From Sphyrna mokarran (Eukaryota), in contig JAGIQG010000009.1 of the NCBI GenBank assembly GCA_024679065.1, positions 110,298,001-110,362,000 of the forward strand: a DNA stretch of 64,000 nucleotides. Direction: 5' to 3'. Below, one piece after another: positions 12,148 through 25,218 of this stretch. Positions within the stretch are counted from its first letter, which is position 1; every line of letters begins with the position of its first letter. The notes under the pieces are model-generated. The model was not told the origin of the DNA, did no database searches, and saw only the letters and a program-made list of their open reading frames with translations. The position numbers and the translations under genes are program-made.

Positions 12148-12916
12148 CCTGTGGTGAGTGACCTGCAACCCAAGGATCACATGCAGCCCGTCAGTGTTCT
12201 GGGGTGCATTCCCTAAGACATTTTGTTGACCATTGCTCACGCACACAGCAATGTGCATAGCTTTTTTCCTATGGGTATAACTTAAGTGATATTAACATAA
12301 AGCAAGGACAAGTGAAGTGCATGCTGATTGAACACAACATTGACTGTGAGAGCCATGAGCTCCCTCTATTCAATCAAGCAGAAATATTTCTTTGGGTTTT
12401 AACATTTCAAGTTGATAGTTCTATTAATTACAGGCAGCATGATGACACAACATGCACCACAGTGCTTAACACTCCTCCCTCACCGAGCCAGGAACCCAGG
12501 TTCAATTCTGGCCTTGCGTGACTGTATGGAGTTAAACATTTTCCCTGGGTTTCCTCCTGGTGCTCCAGTTTCATCCCACAGTCCAAAGATTGGCTATACT
12601 AAATTGTCCTTTAGTGTCCAAAGATGTATGAATTAGGGGGATTAGCCATGGCAAATATGCAGGATAGGGTGGGGGATACGGTCTCAGTAAGGGAGTCGGT
12701 GTAGAATTAATGAGATGAATGGCCGCCTCCTGCACTGTAGGGATTCTATGATCCTATGAATGATGAAGTATTTTCTGTAAGTTATGAAATTTTTGACTAG
12801 TATTAAATGTATTTAATTTTACTGAAGGATCATAGTTAGTGAACATGCCTGATTTCAATCCTGTAGCCCCTTGAGAAGAAGGAGGGCCACTTTCTAGCCC
12901 ATGTTGCCCATCACTG
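12148..12916 (+). mobile_element. Probable non-autonomous hAT-like DNA transposon interrupted by a V-SINE (~12460-12760); partial second copy at ~1385-1655
   Basis: Degenerate terminal inverted repeats (ctgtggtgagtgacct.. / ..gttgcccatcactg); internal similarity to 1385-1655 (tgctgattg..cacaacattgactgtg; gttatgaaat). Confidence 0.5.
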
Positions 12917-13234
12917 CTAATGCATGAGTGAAAAAGTGAATTTTTATACCAAATGACATTGGTTTCATGGTCATCATTAGAGGTTCAATTCCAGATTTTA
13001 TTGGATTCAAATTTCACCCTCTGCCATGATGGGATTCAATCCCAGGTCCCTAGAATATTACCTCTGGTCTCTGCATTATTAATCCAGTGACAGTGTCACT
13101 ATGCTGCCACCACCTCCCCATCGCTTTGTAAACTACTAATCTTCATGTAGCTATACAACTGCATTTTGAAATTATTTTTAAAATACACTGTCTTTTCATG
13201 TGGAATGTTCCAGATCCCAGTAGGTCTCTGATTG

Positions 13235-14345
13235 ACATAAGAACATAAGAAATAGGAACAGGAGTAGGCCATACAGCCTCTCGAATGCCCTGCCATTCAA
13301 TAAGATCATGGCTGATCTGTAGTGGTTTACTTCCACTTTTCCGCTTTCTCTCCGTAACCCTTAATTCCCTTGTCAATCAAAAACCTATCCACTCTTGAAC
13401 ATATTCAGTGAGGAAGCCTCCACCACTTCATCAGGCAGAGAATTCTAAAGATTCACTACCATTTACATGAAGAAACCCCTCTGCAACTCCAATCTGAACT
13501 GCACTCCACTCCCCTAATCCTGAGGCTGTGCCCTCTAGTCCTGCTATCTTTGCTAAGCAGGAAGAGTCTCTCAACCTCTACCCTATCCATCCCCTTCATT
13601 ATCTTATACATCTCTATAAGATCCCCTCTCAGCCTTCTAAACTCCAAAGTACAAACCAGTCTCTCCTCGTAATCTAACGTGCTCATCTCCGGTATCAGCC
13701 TAGTAAACCTTCTCGGCACCCCTTCCAAGGTCAATATATCTTTTCTCAAATGTGGTGACCAAAACTGCACACAGTACTCCAGCTGTGGCCTCACCAGCAC
13801 CCTATACAGCTGCAAGAGAACCTCCCCACTTTTATATTCTATCCCCCTCGCTATAAAGACCAACATTCCATTCACCTTCTTAATCACCTGCTGCACCTGC
13901 ATACTGTGTTTTTGCGATTCATGCACAAGGACCCCCAGGTCCCTCTGCACTGTCGCATGATGCAGCTTTTCTCTATTAAAATAGTAGTCCTTCCTACCAT
14001 TATTCTTCCCAAAGTGGATAACCTCACCACTTGCTAACATTATACTCCATCTTCCAGGTCCTCACCCACTCACTCAACCTATCCAGATCCCTCTGCAGAC
14101 TTTTCACACCTTCCACGCAATTTGCTTTTCTCCTAATCTTCCCTCTAGATTTTTTGGAAGTAATTTTAAATCTATGGCCTCTGAATATCAATTTATTCAT
14201 CATACAGAATAGTTTTTCTCCATTTATACTATCACAATCTTGCATCATCTTGAAAACCTCTTTTGGATAAAATCTTAATCTTCTCTGTTCCAAGAATACC
14301 AGTCAATTTTTCTGAAGCTGAAATTGCTCATCCATTGCGACATTT
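13235..14345 (-). mobile_element. CR1 LINE 3' fragments
   Basis: ORF 13456-14040(-): RDLGVLV..LYRVLVRPQLEYCVQFWSP..LEFRRLRGDLIEMYKIMKG..TRGH; tail (acataaga)n. Confidence 0.88.
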
Positions 14346-15838
14346 TGTAAACTCTTCCATACCTTTTGTAATGTCTAAGTGACTTTCTTGGCCATTTCAG
14401 AATCGATCGCATTGCTGTGGCTCTGGGAGCACATGTAGGCTGGGCCAGGTAAGGATTGCAGATTTCCTTCTCAAAACAGAACCAGATTTTTTTTTCCGAT
14501 AATCAACAATGGTTTCATGATCATCAATAAATTCTTAATTCTAGACTCTTTTTTAATTCAAATTCTATCATCTTGTGTTTCAAACCTGAATTCCTAGAAT
14601 ATCGGCTGAATTTCTGGATTAATAGTCTCGCGATAATTCCACTAGGCCATTACTTTACCACAGCGGGTAAGGATGTAGATTTTCTTCCTTAAAAAATGGG
14701 TTTTTAGTGACAATTGACAGCAGTTTCATTTCAGATTTTTATTGAATTCAACTTCACTATCTGTGGTGGGATTGAAACTCAGGTCTCTGGAGCATTACCC
14801 GGAGTCTCTGTCCAGTAACAACATCACTATGCTACTGCCTCCTCTCTTGAATTTGCTGATATTCTTGTTATTGAAAATCTTAGGATAAAGATCCTTATTG
14901 CACTGCAAGGTATACCATAACCTTGACAATCTTTAAAAGTTACGTTTCAACTTATAAACTGACCTCAGCTAGCCACAGTGATGGTCTTAGGGTGATGCAT
15001 TTCAATAGTTTTGAATTTGTTTCTATAAAAAAAAGCTGTTAACGATAACACACAATGCAAAGCACTTTTATTACCAATGATAGCAGAAGGTTAAAGTACA
15101 ATAGTTCATAATAAAATTACCCTTCTAGATTTTTAACTGGTGATCAAAGTAACTTGAAGTTACAGATAAACCAAAGAGAAGGGTTACACAACATACAGCA
15201 AGATATAAATTAAGAAACACCAACCACAGTTAGTTACGTTTATAAATCTGAGTGGGGCCACGATTATTTGGGAGTCAGACGATTGTGGTTTGAATCTGAC
15301 TCCATACAGGATTGAGCACGCAGACTGCAGATGGAATCGGTTTGGTTTCCCCACAGCTGAGATTCTCCAGTCTTGCTGCAATGAATGGAGATTTGGCTGA
15401 GCACCAAATTCTCCATTTTGCTGACAGCGGTAACATGGTCAATGATGCAGTGGTGTGTTTTCTGGTGTCAGACGCACTCTCCCATTGGTTGGCAGCAAGA
15501 TATTCCAGACCTGCCAATGCCAACCGAGTTTTTCTGTGGCCCACACCCTCTACTGATGGTGAGCCCACCTCAGGGACTGGACAGTTAACAGTCAACACCG
15601 GGACTGGAAGATTCTGTTGGTTAGAAAGGTTGGAAAATTCTGCCCAATATTTTTCCATGGGGAGGAGGTCAATGTCATACTGTGTTTCATGAATGTTCCT
15701 TTGTGTAGGCTCAGTGGCACAGCAGCGCTGCTCCCTCACAGCACCAAGGATCCAGGTTCAATTCCGGGTCACTGTCTGTGTAGAGACTGCACATTCTCCC
15801 TGGGTCTGCGTGGGTTTTCTCTGGGTGCTCCGGTTTCA

Positions 15839-16289
15839 TAGGACATAGAACACTACAGCACAAACAGACCCTTCGGCCCACAAGTCGTGCCGATCATATC
15901 TACACCTACCAGGCCATAGAACTATCTATAACTCCCAATCCCATTGAATCCCATGTACTCATCCAGAAGTCTCTTAAGAGACCCCAGCGAGTTCGCCTCT
16001 AGCACTGACGGCAACTAATTCCATTCACTCACCACGCTCTGAGTGAAAAACTTACCTCTAACATCTCCTCTGTACTTGCCCCCCAGCACCTTAAACCTGT
16101 GTCCTCTCGTGGCGACCATTTCAGCCCTGGGAAATAGCCTCCAAGAATCCACTCTATCTATTCCTCTCAACATGTTATAAACCTCAATTAGGTTGCCTCT
16201 CAATCTTCGTCTCTCCGGGGAGAAGAGACCTAGCTCTCTCAACCTATCTTCATCAGGCATGCCTCCCAATCCAGCAACATCCTTGTAAA
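15839..16289 (-). mobile_element. CR1 LINE 3' end inserted into a V-SINE (halves ~15710-15838 and ~16290-16445)
   Basis: ORF 16015-16335(-): LGLFSPERRRLRGNLIEVY..TRGHRFK..FFTQSVVSEWN; the SINE V-domain is split at ccggtttc|ccacagt. Confidence 0.85.
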
Positions 16290-16783
16290 TCCACAGTTCA
16301 AAGATGTGCTGGTTAGGCACATTGGCCATGCTCAATTCTCCCTCAGTATATCTGAACAGGTACCAGAGTGTGGCTGACTAGAGGATTTTCACAGTAATTT
16401 CATTGCCCTGTTAATGAAGCTGACTTATGACACTAATAAATAAACTTTAAATGAAGCACCTTAGGACATTTCATTAAGATGTTACTGATGTTTTGGAGAA
16501 CATTTATCCCTCAATCAGTCACTACAAAAATGATTATCTGCCCCGTCAGTCCTTGCTATTTGAGATAGTAATTCATTTGGTTATTGTACCTCCTACATTA
16601 CAACACTTTTATTTTAACTGTGAATCAATCTGGGATATCTGGCGGTTGTGAAGGGCAGTGTAGGTGAATTTGAGTCAAGAACATGCTACCTGTTGTTTGG
16701 TCGCGGACTCTGGACTTAAAAAGGGTTTCCGTTTGTTTTACAACCGATAATTCTGAAACTAATGACGCACCAATCCCTCGCAC

Positions 16784-16795
16784 AGTTTCATTTTC
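16784..16795 (+). promoter_or_regulatory. ISRE consensus in a CpG-enriched segment (candidate butyrophilin promoter/enhancer)
   Basis: AGTTTCATTTTC = AGTTTCNNTTTC; nearby GGGTTTCC (16723-16730) and a possible donor CAG|GTCAGT at 17041. Confidence 0.4.
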
Positions 16796-17072
16796 TCGGT
16801 GACGCCCAATTCAGCAACCATTTTGTGGAGATGTTTTAAATTTACTTTTCCCCGCCTTGGACGAGTTGCTTTTTTTTGCTGTTGTGTCCAGTAACTGGAC
16901 ATTGAAGGAAGCGCTTCTCTCTGATCCGGCTGCACAGAACCCACTCACCCAGAATAAGCCGACATAACTTTCCATCGGCAAGTTCTCAATAAAGAAGCTC
17001 TCTCGACAAGGTGAAAAGAGGCTACCAGAAGTGTTGACCAGGTCAGTGACTTCAGGAATATTTCTCCTAACT

Positions 17073-17218
17073 GGGAGGTGGGGTGGGGTAGGGGGGAGTT
17101 GGGGGTAGGGGGGAGTGGGGAGGGGGGAGGGGGGAGTGGGGTAGGGGGGAGTGGGTAGTGGGGGTTGGGGTTGGGGTTTGGGGGGTGAGGAGGGAGGAGT
17201 GGGAATGGGGGTGGGAAT
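17073..17218 (+). repeat. G-rich low-complexity tract (G-quadruplex prone)
   Basis: Runs of GGG-GGGGGG separated by 1-4 nt. Confidence 0.85.
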
Positions 17219-17419
17219 AGATCGATGGGTTGAAGGGTTCACTTTGAGAATTTTGAACCGGGATCAGTGAGTGTTAAACCCATTGCGCTTTTTGCAATTA
17301 CCGTTCAGAGGTGGCGAACTTAGACCTAAACCGAAACAAGGAAGTCTAATTGGAACCCCCACAATACCGACTCTCAGATAGAGTATCTTTCCCCAGGCTG
17401 TATCCCTGTAACTTCTCCC

Positions 17420-17910
17420 CCTCTTCCATTCCTATAAACCCACTCATCCTAGTGATCCCCCCCTTCCCTATAAACCCACCCTTCCCCGTAACCCCCCCAA
17501 CTCCCTCCCCGCCCCAGTAAACCCCTCCCCCTCCGTTCCCGTCCGCCCCGCCCCAGTAACCCCGCCCCGCCCCCGCCCCCCCTCCCCCGCCCCGTCCCCC
17601 GCCCCGCCCCGCCCCGCCCCCGCCCCCGTTCCCCGCCCCGTCCAGTAACCCCCTCCCGCCCCGTCCCGCCTGTCCTGTCCCAGTCCCCGCCCCGCTCCCG
17701 CCCCGTCCAGTAACCCCTCCCGTAACCCCCTCCCCGCCCCCGCCCCGTCCCCCGCCCCGTCCCCCGCCCCGCCCCGTCCCGCCCCGTCCCAGTAACCCCC
17801 TCCCCCGCCCCGTCCCAGTAACCCCCTCCCCCGGCCCCGTCCAGTAACCCCCTCCCCCGCCCCGTCCAGAACCCCCTCCCCGGTCCCACCCCGTCCCGTC
17901 CCAGTAACCG
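17420..17910 (+). repeat. C-rich minisatellite/low-complexity tract expanded within a V-SINE remnant
   Basis: Units ~ccagtaaccccctcccccgccccgt; flanked by SINE sequence (17360-17415; 17940-18018). Confidence 0.85.
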
Positions 17911-18014
17911 CACACGTGGCTAATTCATCTGGCTCTGAAACTGGGGACAATTTAGCATAGCCAGTCCCCCTAACCTGCATATCTTGGGACACTATGGAGC
18001 ATTTAGCATGGCCA

Positions 18015-20815
18015 ATCCGAAACAAGGTAAATAAGTTGACGGCACAAACCATTGCAAACGAGTATGATTTGGTGGCCATTATAGAGACATGGTTGCAGGA
18101 TGGTCATAACTGGGAGTTGAATATCCAGGGGTTTCAAACTGTTCGGAGGGAGCGACAGGAAAGTAAGGGAGATTGAGTAGCTCTGATATTTAAGGATGAT
18201 ATCAGAGTGGTAGTGAGAGATAACATAGAGATGATAAAGGTTGAATCTATTTGGTTGGAAATTAAAAATAGTAAGGAGAAAAAGTCGCTGACAAATGTAG
18301 TTAATAATGACATCATGGTAGGGCGAGAAATAAACGTGGTAGAGCAATTATCATGGGAGATTTTAATCTACATATCAATTGATCAGTCCAGGTCGGTCAA
18401 GGCAGCCTTGAGGAAGAATTCATAGAATGTATCCACAATACCTTCCTTGAACGATATGTAATGGAACTGACAAGGGAACGAGCTATTCTAGATCTGGTCC
18501 TGTGTAATGAGATGGGAATAATTAACGATTTTTGAGTTAGGAATCCTGTTGGAAGAAGTGATCACAGTATGATTGAATGTAAAATACAGATGGAACATGG
18601 GAAGGTAAAATCTAATACCAGTGTCTTGAGATTAAACGAAAGAGACTATAAAAAGATGATGGAGGAGTTGGCTAAGGTAGACTGGGAACAAAACTTTATG
18701 GTGAAACAGTTAAGGAATACTGGAGCGAATTTTCACAGTGCTCGGAAAAGTATATACCAGTGATAAGGAAGGACTTTAGAAAAAGAGATAATCCACCATG
18801 GATATCTAAAGAAATAAAGGAGGGGATCAAATTGAAAAAAATGCATACAAAGTGGCAAAGATTAGTGGGAACCTAGAGGATTGGGAAATCTTTAAAAGTC
18901 AGCAGAAAGCCATGAAAAAAGCTATAAAGAAATATAAGATGGATTATGAAAGTAAACTAGCTCAGAATATAAAAACTGATAGCAAAAGTTTCTACAAATA
19001 TATAAAACGAAAAAGAGTGGCAAAAGTAAGCATTGGTCCTTTAGAGGACAAGTGAAATGTAATAGTTGGAAATGAGAAAATGACTAAGGCATTGAACAGG
19101 TATTTCACAGTGGAAGATACAAATAACATGCCAAAAATTGATGACCTAGAAACTATCATTATCACAAAAGAGATAGATTAATGGGCAAATTAATGGAACT
19201 AAAGGTAGACAAGTCTCTTGGTGCTGATGGAACGCATCTCAGGGTACTAAAAGAGATGGCGGGTGAAATAGCAAATGCATTAGTAGTAATTTACCAAAAT
19301 TCAGTGGACTCTGGGGTGATTCCCACAGGTTGGAAAACAGCAAATGTGATGCCACTGTTTAAAAAAGGAAGTAGACAAAAGGCAGGTAACTGTAGGCCAT
19401 TAGCTTAACTTCTGCAGTAAGGAAAATGCTTAAATCCATCAAGGAAGAAATAGCAAGACTTGCAGAGGAGATTCACTAGGTTGATTCCTGAGTTGAGAGG
19501 GTTGGCTTATGAGGAGAGACATCTGGATATAAATGATCCGATTGATAAGATGTAGCACGGGTTCATGAAAGGCAGATCGTGTTTGACTAATTTCGTGGAA
19601 TTCTTGTAAACATTACATGTGCAATGGATAATGGGGAACCTGTAGATGTGATGTATCTGGATTTCTAGAAGGCATTTCACAAAGTGCCACATCAAAGACT
19701 GCTGCATAAGATAAAGCTGCACAACGTTACGGGTAATGGATAGAGATTGGTTAACTAACAGAAAGCAAACGATGGGGGTAAATGGGTGTTTTTCTGGTTG
19801 GCGACCAGTGGTGTGCCTCGGGAATCAGTGTTGGGATCGCAATTGTTTACAATTTACAAAGATGATTTGGAGACCAAGTGTAGTGTGTCAGAATTTGCAG
19901 GTGACACTAAGATGGGTGGAAAAGCAAAGCATGCAGAGGATGCTGAAAGTCTGCAAAGGGATGTAGGTAAGCTAAGTGAGGGGTCGGGGGTCGAGCGTCG
20001 AGCAAATGGAATATAATGTTGAAAAATGTGAGGTCGTTCCTAGTAGGAATAACAGCAAAATGGACTACCATTTAAATGGTAAAAAGTTGCAACATGCTGT
20101 TGTGCAGAAGGACTTGGGTGTCCTTGTGCAAGAATCTCAAAGAGTTGGTTTGAAGGCGCAGCAGAAAATTAAGAAGGCAAATGGAATTTTGTCCTTCATT
20201 GCTAGAGAAATGGAGTTTAAAAACAGTGAGATTGTGTTGCAGATTATAAGGTGCTGATGAGGCCATAAATGAAGTATTGTTTACAGTTTTAGTCACCTTA
20301 CTTGAGAAAGGACATACTGACACTGGGGGACGTGCAGAGGAGATTCGCTAGGTTGATTCCTGAGTTGAGAGGGTTGGCTTATAAGGAGCAACTGAATAGA
20401 CTGAGGCTATACCATTGGAATTCAGAAGAATGAGGGGAGATCTTATACAAGCATATAAGATTATGAAGGAAATAGTTAAGGTAGAAGCAGGGAAGTTGTT
20501 TCCTTTGGCGGGTAAAACTAGAACTAGGGGGCATGGCCTCAAAATAAGGGGAAGCAAATTTAGGACTGAGTTGAGGAGGAACTTCTTCACACAAAAGGTT
20601 GTGAGTCTGGAATTCCCTGCACAGTGAAGCAGTTGAGGCTAACTCATTCAATGTTTTTAAGACAACAATAAATAAATTTTTGAACAGTAAAGGAATTGAG
20701 AGTTGTGGTGGGTAAGTGCAGCTGAGTCCACAAAAAGATGAGCCATGATCTTATTGAATGGTGGAGCAGGCTTGAGGGGCCAGATAGCCAATTCTTGCTC
20801 CTAGTTCTTATCTTC
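18015..20815 (+). mobile_element. Decayed CR1 LINE ORF2 (APE endonuclease + RT) with 3' tail
   Basis: YDLVAIIETWL (APE), WKTANVMPLFKKG, GVPRESVLG, FAGDTK, LEFRRMRGDLIQAYK, FFTQKVV; many frameshifts; tail ..ttcttatcttctt. Confidence 0.92.
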
Positions 20816-21265
20816 TTAATCCACCTAACCAGCAGATTTTTGGACACAAAAGTGCAATTTATCATGGACAATTGCCCTTAACCTGCACATCTTTGGACAC
20901 TAAGGGACAATTTAGCATGGCCAATCTACCTAATCTGCACATCTTTGGACTGTGGGAGGAAAGTCGAGCATAGACTCATAGAATTCCTACAATGCAAAAG
21001 GAGGTCATTTGGCCCATTGAGCCTGTATCGACCGTAATCCCATCCAGGCCCTATCCCCATAACTCCACGTATTACCCTGCTAAAGGGCAATTTAGCATGG
21101 CCAATCAACATAATCCGCACATCTTTGGACTGTGGGAGGAAACTGAAGCACCCAGAAGAAACCCATGCAGACACATGTAGAGCGTGCAAAATCCACACAG
21201 ATAGTCACCCAAAGCTGGAATTGAATCCAGGTCACTGATGCTATGAGGCAATAGTGTGAACCAAG
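20816..21265 (-). mobile_element. V-SINE cluster with internally repeated ~50-bp subunit
   Basis: Repeated taacctgcacatctttggacactaagggacaatttagcatggccaatc; V-domain 21120-21200. Confidence 0.7.
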
Positions 21266-21394
21266 TGTCTAAAAAGTGTTTTGAAAATGATCTCCAGGGT
21301 ATAAAATTCAGACTTGTATTTATCTTTTTCTCTATATTCAGTATTATTTAAAAGAGGAAGATTTTAAGGTGGCTTAAAGGAGGAAAATGAGGTG

Positions 21395-21805
21395 ATTTAA
21401 TTTGATTTGATTTATTATTGCCACATATATTAATACACAGTGAAAGGCATTGTTTCTTGCGTGCTAAACAGACAAAACATATAGCTCATAGAGAAGAAAA
21501 TGAGAATGCAGAATGTAGTTACAGTCACAGCTATGGTGTGGAGAAAGATCAGCTTAATGCAAGGTAAGTCCATTCAAAAGTCTGACAGCAGCAGGGAAGA
21601 AGCTGTTCTTGAGTCGGTTGGTATGTGACCTCAGATTTTTGTATCTTTTTCCTGATGGAAGAAGATAGAAGAGAGAATGTACAGGGTGTGTGGAGTCTTT
21701 AATTATGCTAGCTGCTTTGCCAAGGCAGCAGGATGTTTGGACAGAGTCAATGGATGGGAGGCTGGTTTGCAAGATGGATGGGGCTACATTCACAACTTTT
21801 CATAG
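21395..21805 (-). mobile_element. Rex1/Babar-like LINE 3' end
   Basis: ORF 21554-21793(-): LPSID..KAASIIKDSTHP.HSLF.LLPSGKRY...TNRLKNSFFPAAVRLLN; tail (atttg)n. Confidence 0.75.
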
Positions 21806-22832
21806 ATACGTGCAGTCCTTCCTCCTTCCTTGTGGTGGCAAGGTATAGAGAGGGCATTCCAGAGCTTGGGCCTAGGCAGCTGAAGATACAACAACCCCCA
21901 GTAGTGGAACAATAAGTGTGGGAATGCACAAGAAGGCAGAATTAGATGGTACAGTTATCTCAGAGGATTTCAGGACTGGAGGAAGTTATAGAGATAGGGA
22001 GGAAAACCAAGGAGAGATTTAAACCAGGTATGACAACTTGAAATTCAGTTTTCCTCTCACCGTTTATAATTTTTCTTGATTTTTATTGCTTTATTATTTT
22101 CTCCCATGTCTTGTAATGTTACGCGAATTGGCCATGCTGAATTCTCCATCTGTGTACCCAAAAAGATGCTGGAGTATGGTGACTAGGGGACTTTCACAGT
22201 ATCTTCATCGTAGTATGAATGTAAGCCTACTATTACAGAACAGGTGCTATACACCCTGCAGTATCTTGCCAAAATGGGCATTATTTATACGTATTGTTCT
22301 TACAGCAAGTGTGTGTTTGTGTGAATGTCAGAACCAATCCCTGGTCCTGATCCCCCAGAATCCACAAATATCTTAAACAGGAGTGAAACATTGACTGATT
22401 CACCTTTTACCAATGCAGGGCTGTAGCAAGGCCAATTGGTATTTTTGTTTCCACAATCCTACTGAAGTTCAGCAACACTGGTCTCAGGTCATGGGATAAA
22501 ATTGCTGAGCTGACACAGAAATGGTTTTAGTCTTGAATGTTGAAAAAAAAGTGTTCACAACTCATTAGAACATTGTTTCCTTCTTGCTGTAGTAGCCATA
22601 CTGCTGAGACAATAGGAGGTGAGGTGGGCACTTAGATATTGTGAGGATGACATATGAACAAATGACACTTATTGAACTTAAGTGAGTTGCACCTTTGCTA
22701 AAAAGGGTATTAGTTATAATTGTACATTAACATCCATAGCTTAATTTCAGAACCATTGATACTTCAATGATGTTCTCTTCAAAAAGATTAACAAAGATTT
22801 TCATTCAGGTAATCAATCAAATATTTCCGAAG

Positions 22833-22893
22833 ATGAAACGAATTTGCTTCAGTGTTTTGGTCCTTCTCTGTGTTCTTCAAACTGCAATAACAG
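22833..22893 (+). CDS. Butyrophilin-like protein, signal peptide exon
   Basis: ATG 22833, MKRICFSVLVLLCVLQTAIT, phase-1 donor ACAG|GTGAGA. Confidence 0.85.
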
Positions 22894-24873
22894 GTGAGAA
22901 ATTGAGTTTTTACAGTAAATATTACTGTTGCCTTAACCTATTGATCAATGATACCATAGACCATAAGAAGTAGGTCATTTGGCCCACTGAGTCTACTTCA
23001 CCATTCAGTGAGATGATGACTGATCTGATGTGATAATCCTCAATTCCCACCTTATTCCCTTACTGAATGACCCAGCCTGTACAGAGCTCTGCGGTAAAGA
23101 ATCCCATAGATTTCCTAAAGAAATTCCTCCTCCTCTCTGCTTGTAATGGACAACCCCTTGTTCAGGGATTATCTCCATGATGAGAGGCTGTGCAAATTGG
23201 GCCTCTGTTATAGTTTAGGAGAATGGGAGGAAATCACGTTAAAAGAAGAATGTCTAATAAGGTTGTGAAGAAGTTTTTAGGTTAGACATAGAGCGATTGC
23301 TTCCTTTGGCTTGGGGCTTTGGAACAGAGCTGCACAGCTTCAGGATAAGGGGCTGATTATTTAGACTGAGGTCGAACAAAATTTTTTCACTCAAGATTAT
23401 GGATCTTTGGAATTGTAAATGCCACAGGGGTTTAGTACATCCAAGGCTGAGAATTTTTAATCTTTTGGGGAACCTAGGGTGAAGGGCAGGAAAGTGGAGA
23501 TGAGGCAAAAGATCAACTATGATTATACTGAATGGAGGAGCAGGTGATTGGAGCAGACAATGTGGCTTACTCCTGCTTCTATTACTTATGTCAAGAAACA
23601 AGTAAATGGTAGCTGGAAAAAAAGATTGCATTTATACATGTGTAGCATCTTTCACGATCTCAGAATGTTCCAAACTTCCAAACCCAAGATCATTACCATC
23701 CAGAAAGACAAGGGCAGCAGATACCCGGGAATTCCACCACGTGCAAGATCCCCTCCCAAGCCACTCACCATCCTAACTTGGGAATATTTTGCAATTCCTT
23801 CACTGTCGCTCAGTCAAAATCCTGGAATTTCCTCTCCAACAGCACTGTTACCTGTGCCTCAGGGACTGCAACGCTTCAAGAAAGCAGCTCACCACCACAT
23901 TTTCAAGTGGTAATTAGGGATAGACAATAATTGCTAGTATAGCCAATGGCACCCATGTTCTGTAAATGAATAAAAATAAATTTACTGCCAATTAATTACT
24001 TTTGAATGGAAACCATGTTAGTAATGTTGAAAATGCAGCAGCCACTTTGCACTCAGCAAGTTTTTATATTATTCATTCGTGGGACATTGCCGCTGGGTTG
24101 CCTTTGAGAAAGTGATGGTGAGTTGAATCTCTGCAGTCCATTGGTGTGGGTTGACCTATAGTGCCATTAGGGAGGGAGTTGCTGATTTTGACTCAGCAAC
24201 TGAAAAGGAGCAGCGATATATTTCCAAGACAGGATGGTGAGTGCCTTGGAGGAGAACTTGTAGGTGGCGGCTTTCCCACAAACAATGATGATGACCAGAT
24301 AATTTTGGTTGAAAAAATAACAAAGAACTAAAAAGTGGATGAGAACTCCTCTGATGTTCTTCTGAATGATGGCCATGCAGTAAGATCTTTTACGTCAACT
24401 CAAGAGGTTTACATCCTCACCTGAAAGATGGATTCCCACTAATAGTGATCCCACTAAACATTTCCACTGTTACTACGACTCTGACGGGGTTGTCTGACTG
24501 TCTCTTTGTCACTCCTGCTTGCTTTTTAAGATACCAGTTCTGAAATTCCATGGGGTCTTCCAGTCTCCCACTGAAACTTTGAGAGAAACTTGTCGAATTC
24601 CCAATGTGATAGCTGGATAGCCAATTCCGCTGTTTCTCTGGAGGTCTACTTACTTCCTGTTGCAACAACAGGAGATCAGTATGGTGTATCGCAGTGTTTA
24701 CTCTTAAATAAATAAAGCATTTTTTTTTCCACTTCTTTCCTAGAGTTGTTCGAAGTTATCAGAAGGAAAAATGATTTTCAGTTACATTTTGTGAAATACA
24801 CTTCATGATGTTGCAACTATAACATTTCTCTAGAATGATTACCAATTATGTTTAAAATGTTATATCTTACCAG

Positions 24874-25218
24874 AGAAGTTTCAAATTATTGGAGCAAAAC
24901 ATCCCATCATAGTGGCTGTTGGTGAAGATGTTGTATTAGAGTGCCAAATGGTACCCAGTGTATCTCTGGACAGACTGGAAGTTCGATGGTATAAGTCAGA
25001 CTACTCTTCACCAGTACATTTATATACTCGTGGAAAGGACCAACCTGTGAGAGACGACGCTTATCGAGGGAGGACGGAGCTTTTTAAAGATCAGTTTCCT
25101 GTTGGCAATGCCTCTCTCAAACTGAAGAAGATAAGAGCATCGGATGAAGGGAATTACACATGTTTTATTGATTCCAAAACAGATTATGAGGAAGCAGTGA
25201 TAAATCTCAAAGTTGGAG
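24874..25218 (+). CDS. Butyrophilin-like protein, IgV exon
   Basis: EKFQIIGAKHPIIVAVGEDVVLEC...LEVRWY...PVHLY..GKD...YRGRTELF...GNASLKL....SDEGNYTC: B7/BTN IgV signature; phase 1-1; 345 bp. Confidence 0.95.

Noticed and set aside
15275-15739. Overlapping antisense ORFs of 154 and 126 aa
   Set aside because: No recognisable domain; overlaps degenerate repeat sequence (..ggaaaattctgccc end and a SINE head).
17346-18079. Long Gly/Arg-rich ORFs on the - strand (and Pro-rich 16811-17242)
   Set aside because: Open in several frames because the low-complexity G/C tracts lack stop codons; no splice or domain evidence.
22767-22832. Upstream in-frame ATGs extending the butyrophilin N-terminus
   Set aside because: ATG 22833 gives a canonical 20-aa signal peptide; the extension cannot be supported without transcripts.
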